This document shows positions 7,494 to 13,119 of a DNA stretch of 13,119 nt, one piece after another. Below the pieces are notes generated by a model. It saw only the letters and a program-made list of their open reading frames with translations, was not told the origin of the DNA and made no database searches. The number at the start of each line of letters is the position of its first letter. Within the stretch, counting starts at the first letter, position 1. A program made the translations under genes and the position numbers. The stretch covers positions 1 to 13,119 of the forward strand of contig JBMOFD010000056.1 of the NCBI GenBank assembly GCA_049314435.1, written 5' to 3'. The stretch is from Chlamydiia bacterium. GTDB lineage: Bacteria > Chlamydiota > Chlamydiia > Chlamydiales > JBMOFD01.

Positions 7494-8699
7494 ATGACTC
7501 CATCTCCCTCCCGATTACGTGTGGCTGTCCTCTTTGGAGGGCCCAGTCTGGAACACGAAATCAGTGTCATCACCGGCTTCCAGGTCATGGAGGCCTTTGA
7601 CAGCGAACGTTATGAAGTCATCCCCGTCTACATCGATCCGCAAGGGCTCTGGTACACAGGGGATGACCTCAAACATCGCAGTCGCTTCTATCCAGGAGCT
7701 GCGGCCAAACGGCGGCTGAAACGGGTGACGATGGTCCGTGATGGCGGCTTGTCGCTGCAGGTCGTAGAGAAGGGTCGCTGGCTGTTCTGGGGAGAAGCTG
7801 AACGGATTCCTGTGGATGTGGTGTTCCCCGCCATGCATGGATCTGTAGGGGAGGATGGTTGTCTCCAAGGGCACCTGGAGATGTTAGGCGCTCCCTACGT
7901 CGGACCCTCGCCCATGGCCGCCTCCGTATCGATGAACAAAGCTGCTAGCAAGGTCTTTGCTCGTGCCCACGGCATCCCCGTACTACCCGGCAAGATCCTC
8001 TATCGAACGGGCTGGCAGGCTGAACGAGGCGATGAGATCGTGCAGGAGGTCATTCAGTCTCTGCCTCTACCTCTGATCGTAAAGCCTTGCCACTTGGGAT
8101 CCAGTCTAGGTGTAAGTGCAGCTCATACTCCAGATGAGCTCTTGATCGGACTATCGGCAGCCTTTGTGCTGGATGATGAGGTCCTGTTGGAGCCCCTCGT
8201 GGTGGATTGCAGTGAGCTCAATGTGGCTGTAGCGCGCCTACCTGAACTCCACCTGTCTGCTGTGGAGAGACCTCTCTGCAAGGGGGCTCTGTTGAGCTTT
8301 GAGAAGAAGTACTTGAGTGGGGGGACGAAGAAGATCCCTCATAGCCACTCCTCCGGCATGGCTTCTTTCAAGAGGGATCTCAATCCCTCTGATATGCCCC
8401 CTGCATGGTTGGAGCAGGTGCGACAGAATGCCGTCACATTCTATGAGGCTTTGGGTCTCTCCGGTGTTTCCAGGATGGATTTCTTGGTCGACCACGCGGC
8501 AGGGCGGGTCTACTTCAATGAGGTGAATCCGATCCCGGGTAGTATGTCCTATTACCTATGGGAGGCTGCCTCGCCCCCCATAGGGTTCACGGAATTACTG
8601 CACCGTCTCGTGCAGGAGGCCATGATGCGACATCGGGAACGTAGTCGCAGTCAGAGGGCTGTTCAGTGGCGCGTGTTCCAGCCTGAGCCGGTGCAGTAA
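7494..8699 (+). CDS. ddl: D-alanine--D-alanine ligase family ATP-grasp enzyme
   Basis: Motifs VAVLFGGPSLEHEIS, VVFPAMHGSVGEDGCLQG, SMNK, VKPCHLGSSLGV, SFEKKY, SRMDF and NEVNPIPG. GAGG SD upstream. Confidence 0.9.
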   Translation: MTPSPSRLRVAVLFGGPSLEHEISVITGFQVMEAFDSERYEVIPVYIDPQGLWYTGDDLKHRSRFYPGAAAKRRLKRVTMVRDGGLSLQVVEKGRWLFWGEAERIPVDVVFPAMHGSVGEDGCLQGHLEMLGAPYVGPSPMAASVSMNKAASKVFARAHGIPVLPGKILYRTGWQAERGDEIVQEVIQSLPLPLIVKPCHLGSSLGVSAAHTPDELLIGLSAAFVLDDEVLLEPLVVDCSELNVAVARLPELHLSAVERPLCKGALLSFEKKYLSGGTKKIPHSHSSGMASFKRDLNPSDMPPAWLEQVRQNAVTFYEALGLSGVSRMDFLVDHAAGRVYFNEVNPIPGSMSYYLWEAASPPIGFTELLHRLVQEAMMRHRERSRSQRAVQWRVFQPEPVQ

Positions 8700-8764
8700 G
8701 ATCCTCTTTGCGCGCCGCGTGGGGATGAGTATGATGCTGACTCGGACGTTTTTGTGAGGATGCC

Positions 8765-9385
8765 ATGGCTAAGCTCTATTATCGCTACGGGACAGTAGGC
8801 AGCGCAAAGACGCTCAACCTCCTTGCTGTTGCCCATACCTATCGGCAGCAGGGCAAAGAGATCCTTCTCCTGAAGCCCGCTCTCGATACTCGCTTTGGGC
8901 AGGAAAATATCCGTAGTCGAGCTGGCCTTGAAAAGAGTGCCGATCTGCTCCTCGACCGTACCACCCATCTTGTCGACTTAGCTACAGAGGGTGTGGCCTG
9001 CATCCTTGTGGATGAGGTGCAGTTCCTCCAGCCCTTCCAGATCGAAGAGCTCCGACAAATCACCCTCGAACGTGATGTGCCGGCGATCTGCTACGGACTC
9101 CGCACCGACTTTCGCACACGGCTCTTCCCTGGCTCTCAGCGCCTCATGGAGCTCGCTGACTCTATCGAAGAGATCAAGATGACCTGTGCTTTCTGCACTA
9201 AGAAGGCTGTGTTCTCCCTGAAGCACTCAAGCGGCAAAGCGACCATTGGGGGGCCTACCGTGGACCTAGGAGCGGAAGAAAAATACTTCCCCACTTGCGC
9301 ACGCTGTTTCCAAAAGCAGCTTCATGAAGCCAATGTGGTCTTCGAACAGTGGGCCGTCGAAGAACCCGTTAACGTAGTGGTGTAA
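8765..9385 (+). CDS. tdk: Thymidine kinase (TK1/Tdk type)
   Basis: Motifs YYRYGTVGSAKT (P-loop), IRSRAG, LVDEVQF, YGLRTDF, LADSIEEI, and Zn ligands CAFC...CARC. GAGG SD upstream. Confidence 0.95.
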   Translation: MAKLYYRYGTVGSAKTLNLLAVAHTYRQQGKEILLLKPALDTRFGQENIRSRAGLEKSADLLLDRTTHLVDLATEGVACILVDEVQFLQPFQIEELRQITLERDVPAICYGLRTDFRTRLFPGSQRLMELADSIEEIKMTCAFCTKKAVFSLKHSSGKATIGGPTVDLGAEEKYFPTCARCFQKQLHEANVVFEQWAVEEPVNVVV

Positions 9386-9401
9386 TTTTTTGTTACCAAT
9401 A
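9263..9401 (+). repeat. Direct repeat 1: 3' end of tdk plus about 15 bp downstream (attL-like)
   Basis: Matches 10608..10745; the core 9284..9366 is identical to 10629..10711 (83 bp). Confidence 0.95.
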
Positions 9402-9499
9402 GGCTCCTTGCAAGGCCTTTACAATCTGGACCGATTGTCCTTGCCGTGAGCCCTATGAGATGGGCATGCTTTTCCTCAGTTCAACATGGGGGATAGAAT

Positions 9500-10534
9500 A
9501 TGACGATCATTGAGAGAGGGATGCGTTGGGCGGACACTGGGCTCAACAGCGCGGTGACCTTACCAGAAAATAGTCTTTGTCATCAGGTCGATGCTGCGGT
9601 GATGGAGTTCTTCTTTTCACCGGCATTTGAGTATCAAAACTCCACCGATGGCGGGAAGACCTTCCCACCATCGAACGCCTTGCGAGTCGGCAAGCGCATC
9701 ATAAGAAATATTTTCTTTACCGGCTATGCTCCCATCCAGGCGGTCGTCTACTCCGTCTTGCACCCAGTCAATGCGGTGAAGGCGGTGCCTTTTCTCTTGG
9801 CTAAGCAAGGCTTGGCGCTTTTCTCTTTGCGGTCTCTGGCTAGCATGACGGCTTCGATGGCTGGTGCCGGGCTCGCTCTGTCCGTCTGTTTCGGCTGTGC
9901 GCTCCCCATTCCAGGACTCCTTATTACGGCTAGTTTTGCTCTTGCTCTTCTGGCGACCGCCTTGGCATCCCCAGAGGCTCGACTTCAGCCGATGCTCGCA
10001 TGGGTTGAGAACCTCTCTACCGGAGTGATTTTAGGTCATGCAACAGCATGGATCATGCGTCGTCGTTTTGAGGGGCCTCTCCAGAAGTTGCGGGAAGAGG
10101 CGGGTACGACACTCAGTCTGCCAGAGGCCACCCATGAATTTGTGAACGGTGATGGTCAGCCACTTCTCATCTTCGAAGGCAAGCAGCTGGCTGGCTTTCG
10201 GGCGGGTAATGCGGCATTGGATGAGGCTTTCAAGGCAAAGTTGTTGGGGCACACTGCCCTAAAAGGTGGGGGGGATTGGGCGAAGTACGAGCCAAGTGCA
10301 GCCTATGTCCAGGGACCCAACGATGTCTTCTTGCACGGAGACCTACTGGGGCCCGGGTTAGCTTCCAATCCCTCCCAGACCTGGAGCATGTGGACTGGTT
10401 CCAAGGGGCTGCCGAAAATTACCTTACAGCATGGAGCTCTAGCGACTACGCTGACGACCGCGACTCAGGTGCGAACCCGGATAGAGAGACGGCCACGCAG
10501 TGTAGCAGCAAGAGCAGTGAGCTCCGTTTCTTAG
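9500..10534 (+). CDS. Hypothetical membrane protein (344 aa) with a long central hydrophobic hairpin; possibly an Inc-like or secreted effector
   Basis: 1035-bp ORF with a GGGGG/GGA SD-like sequence upstream. Hydrophobic stretch MAGAGLALSVCFGCALPIPGLLITASFALALLATALA. No enzymatic motif recognised. Confidence 0.7.
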   Translation: MTIIERGMRWADTGLNSAVTLPENSLCHQVDAAVMEFFFSPAFEYQNSTDGGKTFPPSNALRVGKRIIRNIFFTGYAPIQAVVYSVLHPVNAVKAVPFLLAKQGLALFSLRSLASMTASMAGAGLALSVCFGCALPIPGLLITASFALALLATALASPEARLQPMLAWVENLSTGVILGHATAWIMRRRFEGPLQKLREEAGTTLSLPEATHEFVNGDGQPLLIFEGKQLAGFRAGNAALDEAFKAKLLGHTALKGGGDWAKYEPSAAYVQGPNDVFLHGDLLGPGLASNPSQTWSMWTGSKGLPKITLQHGALATTLTTATQVRTRIERRPRSVAARAVSSVS

Positions 10535-10538
10535 TCAA

Positions 10539-10607
10539 TAGCTGACCGGTCGGGACGCGGTTGAGCTCATCGCTGCGGTGCGTCAACTCGTCCTGAATCA
10601 GCCGCTA
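10539..10607. other. Long imperfect hairpin between the cassette gene stop and the tdk repeat (possible terminator or recombination-related structure)
   Basis: Nested pairings gctga/tcagc, tcgggacg/cgtcctga, gttga/tcaac and catcg/cggtg. No U-tract follows. Confidence 0.65.
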
Positions 10608-10730
10608 GATCTGGGAGCGGAGGAAAAGTACTTCCCCACTTGCGCACGCTGTTTCCAAAAGCAGCTTCATGAAGCCAATGTGGTCTTCGAACAGTGGGCC
10701 GTCGAAGAACCAGCTAGTGTGGTTGTGTAA
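10608..10730 (+). pseudogene. tdk: Orphan duplicate of the last 40 codons plus stop of tdk (direct repeat 2, attR-like; similarity extends to about 10745)
   Basis: Translates to DLGAEEKYFPTCARCFQKQLHEANVVFEQWAVEEPASVVV*, versus ...EEPVNVVV* in the intact tdk. There is no start codon or 5' portion. Confidence 0.9.
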
Positions 10731-10794
10731 TTTTCATTATCAATACCAAGTCGCGGTCGGTGCCATTCAGCGATTTGGCATTAGCTCCCCGGCA

Positions 10795-10848
10795 ATATCA
10801 ATGATAGAAAATCCATTATTTGTGGATTTTCTATCATTGATATAAGAT
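10795..10848 (+). promoter_or_regulatory. abiE promoter/operator: perfect 21-bp inverted repeat overlapping a putative sigma70 promoter
   Basis: atatcaatgatagaaaatcca (10795-10815), a 7-nt spacer, then tggattttctatcattgatat (10823-10843). TTGTGG (10820-10825)-N17-TAAGAT (10843-10848). AbiEi antitoxins are known to autorepress through promoter inverted repeats. Confidence 0.75.
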
Positions 10849-10909
10849 TGAGCCTTAGAGGGGCCCCAATGCGCCAAAGGCAAGGGTCAGGCCGGAGGGC
10901 TGCTGGAAA

Positions 10910-11587
10910 ATGCTGCATGGAAAATCCACAAAAAATGGATTGTCTGACACCGATTACAGCATAACGCGGCTGATTGGTTGGCACCTTCCCTATATTTCAA
11001 CGTCTGGGATGAGGAGTTTGCTACAAGACCATCAAAAGCCATTGGATGCCATTCATCGCCTGGTGAACAAGGGTGTGCTGATTCCTTTGCGGAAGGGTCT
11101 CTATCTGATTGCCCACCATGAGAGCGTTCGTTCAGGAGGAATCCCTTATTTTGCGATTGCTAATCTTATGAACGGCCCTTCTTACGTAAGCCTTCAAAGT
11201 GCGCTGTCCTATTACCAGCTCATCCCAGAAGCTGTCTTTACGACGACTTCCGTCACGTTGAAGAGAAACGTGGCCTTTGACACACCCATAGGGTCTTTTA
11301 CTTTCGTTCATCTGCATGACAGGCTCTTTCCTCTTGGGGTGCAAACTCTTGAGGTTCATGGATACCCCTGCCGCATAGCGTCTCCTGAGAAGGCCCTCTG
11401 TGATCTACTCTCCAGGTTGCCTCCGCTACGAGATCTGGAATGCCTGGAACGCGAGCTGTTGGAGTCTCTACGCATCGAGCCCGAAGATTTACATCGACTG
11501 GAGCCGAGCCAGCTCGCCTTTCTCGCATCCGCCTATCACCACCGAAACCCCTCTTTACTCGCGCAGTATTGCGCCAAGTGCGCATGA
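10910..11587 (+). CDS. abiEi: Type IV toxin-antitoxin AbiEi-family antitoxin / transcriptional regulator
   Basis: wHTH-like IHRLVNKGVLIPLRKGLY, plus IANLMNGPSYVSLQSALSYYQLIPE, TPIGSF and IASPEKALCD. Its stop overlaps the toxin start (ATGA). Exact start uncertain. Confidence 0.85.
   Translation: MLHGKSTKNGLSDTDYSITRLIGWHLPYISTSGMRSLLQDHQKPLDAIHRLVNKGVLIPLRKGLYLIAHHESVRSGGIPYFAIANLMNGPSYVSLQSALSYYQLIPEAVFTTTSVTLKRNVAFDTPIGSFTFVHLHDRLFPLGVQTLEVHGYPCRIASPEKALCDLLSRLPPLRDLECLERELLESLRIEPEDLHRLEPSQLAFLASAYHHRNPSLLAQYCAKCA
10920..10944. promoter_or_regulatory. Second operator-like palindrome related to the 21-bp inverted repeat
   Basis: gaaaatcca-caaaaaa-tggattgtc versus the reverse complement of the first site's core gaaaatcca-caaataa-tggattttc: 23/25 identical with the same 7-nt spacer. 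Confidence 0.6.
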
Positions 11588-12432
11588 AGTCCCAGATCGT
11601 CTCTCAACGCTTCCAACTGCTGGAACACGTCCAACGCCTTGCATTACTGGGCCTCTACCGTGTCGGGTTTTTTTCTCAGGCTGCATTCTATGGTGGCACT
11701 GCTCTACGGCTCTTGTATGGGATCCCTCGCTTCTCGGAAGATCTGGACTTCACGCTGCTCCGACCCGACCCGCAATTTCGATTTGATGCAGCGTTGAAGG
11801 GGCTCCAGGAGGAGCTGCGCGCTGACGGTTTAGAGGCCTCGCTAGAGATCAAAAACAAGAGCTTCGTGTCTCTAGTTCAGTCGGCATTCATCAAAACCAA
11901 TACTTTACACCTCATGCTGAGAGTTCAGGGAGCGGACATTCCACGACCCAAAGGCATGCATCCAGAGGCATTGATACGAGTCAAGATAGAGGTAGACACC
12001 GATCCTCCCGGGATCTACCGCTCCATCCCTATGCTCCTGCGAGGCTCTATCCTCACCGAAGTGGAGACGCTGCCTCTTCCGCTGCTGTTCGCTGGGAAGA
12101 CCCATGCGGCCCTCTGCCGAGCCTGGGCCAATCGGGTAAAAGGCCGAGACTGGTACGACATGCTTTGGTTCCTCAATAGAGGCGTAGGAATAGACATCGC
12201 AGCGTGCGAGGCAAAGCTACGGCAATCCGGTTTTCTCAAGCAGGAACACCCTCTCACCTTACCAGATCTACAGAGCCTGCTCAGGCAGCGCATCGGGGAG
12301 GTTAACTGGCAGTCTGCTCAGGCCGATCTGGAGCCTTTTCTGGAGGACCGTAGAGAAGTCGAGTGGTTGCGGACGGAGACACTGTTAAGCGCTGTGGATC
12401 TGCTGACTGCCGCGCCTGGCACCGGACGTTGA
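11584..12432 (+). CDS. abiEii: AbiEii/AbiGii-family nucleotidyltransferase toxin (DUF1814), 282 aa
   Basis: Motifs AFYGGTALRLLYGIPRFSEDLDF, KIEVDTDPP, GKTHA and RVKGRDWYD. True start is probably ATG 11584 (ATGA coupling) rather than 11440. Confidence 0.92.
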   Translation: MKSQIVSQRFQLLEHVQRLALLGLYRVGFFSQAAFYGGTALRLLYGIPRFSEDLDFTLLRPDPQFRFDAALKGLQEELRADGLEASLEIKNKSFVSLVQSAFIKTNTLHLMLRVQGADIPRPKGMHPEALIRVKIEVDTDPPGIYRSIPMLLRGSILTEVETLPLPLLFAGKTHAALCRAWANRVKGRDWYDMLWFLNRGVGIDIAACEAKLRQSGFLKQEHPLTLPDLQSLLRQRIGEVNWQSAQADLEPFLEDRREVEWLRTETLLSAVDLLTAAPGTGR

Positions 12433-12511
12433 GCATGCTTCCGGCCGGGTAGCCTGGCTCCAGTTTTGAACCGGGATCCCATTTTTGGTTTATCTCATCC
12501 TTGCGCATCAC

Positions 12512-12685
12512 CATTGAAAGGCAGGGCGTTTTGATGGAAAAGATTTGATGGCCCCACAAGCATGCTTGGAGGTATCGACTTAAATTTCAGAAGATCAAAG
12601 AATTCATTGATGATTCCTAATGTGCTGAACGTCAGCATACTAGGAATGACAAGTATTTTCCATCAGAACGCCCTGCTATTCCATG
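12512..12685. repeat. Non-coding element with ~36-bp imperfect terminal inverted repeats and three internal palindromes (MITE-like or structured RNA)
   Basis: gcagggcgttttgatggaaaa (12521-12541) and ttttccatcagaacgccctgc (12656-12676) match 20/21; the extended arms match 30/36. Internal palindromes at 12557-12568, 12594-12611 and 12613-12647. Confidence 0.7.
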
Positions 12686-12729
12686 ACCTTCCCCGCTTTA
12701 TCCTATTGTTCAATTAAGCGGGGTTACGA

Positions 12730-12780
12730 CTGTTTAAAATAATGATGTTAATGCAAGTATATATTATAATATATGTAAAG
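12730..12780. promoter_or_regulatory. AT-rich promoter region with TATAAT inside a 16-bp palindrome
   Basis: atatattataatatat (12759-12774) is self-complementary and contains TATAAT (12765-12770), about 95 bp upstream of ATG 12864. No clear -35 box. Confidence 0.5.
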
Positions 12781-12863
12781 GCAGTCTATTGAGTTCGTGA
12801 AGTGAAGATCATTTGAATTTGCCGGTGCCGCGGGAGTGGCCACCATGGGGAGGGGAGAGTCAC

Positions 12864-13119
12864 ATGACCAGATCGATCCAGGGATGTGGACCATCTGATC
12901 GACTACCGCGCGCTCTTGTGGTCGGATCCCTTGTCTTGGGATGCGCCGCTTTAGCCGTGGCAGCTGCCGCTATTCTCATGGTTGGGCTCACGACGATGAC
13001 CTTGATCCCCCTCCTTATAACCGCTGGTTGCTGGAGCCTTGTCCTTGGGGTCATGATCATCCAGCGCTGGCGACAGGGGGACGCTCATGAGGCCAGTCCC
13101 GCAGCCAGACCAGCCCCAC
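12864..13119 (+). CDS. 5' part of a membrane protein with a ~50-aa bilobed hydrophobic domain (Inc-like); runs off the right edge
   Basis: Not in the ORF track. Translates to MTRSIQGCGPSDRLPRALVVGSLVLGCAALAVAAAAILMVGLTTMTLIPLLITAGCWSLVLGVMIIQRWRQGDAHEASPAARPAP. A purine-rich SD (ggggaggggagag) lies upstream. Confidence 0.7.
   Translation, partial: MTRSIQGCGPSDRLPRALVVGSLVLGCAALAVAAAAILMVGLTTMTLIPLLITAGCWSLVLGVMIIQRWRQGDAHEASPAARPAP

Noticed and set aside
8285..8320. D-Ala-D-Lac (vancomycin-resistance type) specificity of Ddl suggested by the Phe in SFEKKY
   Set aside because: The specificity residue equivalent to E. coli DdlB Tyr216 is the Tyr after Lys (KY), which is retained. No van genes are nearby.
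9401..9425. Intrinsic terminator after tdk (aggctccttgcaaggccttt)
   Set aside because: The stem is short and imperfect with only a 3-T tail, too weak to call.
9263..10745. DGR template/variable repeat pair or CRISPR array
   Set aside because: The mismatches are mostly third-codon-position and not adenine-specific, no reverse transcriptase is present, and there are only two long copies with no repeat-spacer periodicity.
11440..11583. ORF-track N-terminal extension of the toxin
   Set aside because: It overlaps abiEi by more than 140 nt. ATGA coupling at 11584 gives the family-typical start.

Overview
This is an accessory-rich bacterial window. The host is plausibly an intracellular, Chlamydiota-like organism; that is inferred from Inc-like bilobed hydrophobic proteins and large repeat effectors, and is not proven. 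From left to right: (1) A head-to-tail tandem pair of large minus-strand paralogues. One is complete (about 1579 aa, 879..5618), with a Cys...NVH...GL N-terminal domain and about 870 aa of degenerate ~30-aa helical repeats. The other is only the 5' end (<1..521) and has a mosaic of identical and diverged tracts relative to the first. (2) A divergently transcribed membrane-anchored murF-like gene, a ddl-like gene and thymidine kinase (tdk). (3) A 1345-bp, integrase-free, one-gene cassette bounded by a direct repeat of the tdk 3' end (83-bp identical core, synonymous-biased flanks), with a long hairpin at the junction. (4) An AbiEi/AbiEii type IV toxin-antitoxin pair with a perfect 21-bp inverted-repeat operator and a second related operator. 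(5) A ~174-bp non-coding multi-hairpin element with terminal inverted repeats. (6) The start of an Inc-like membrane protein gene. All comparisons were made by eye; no database searches were run.
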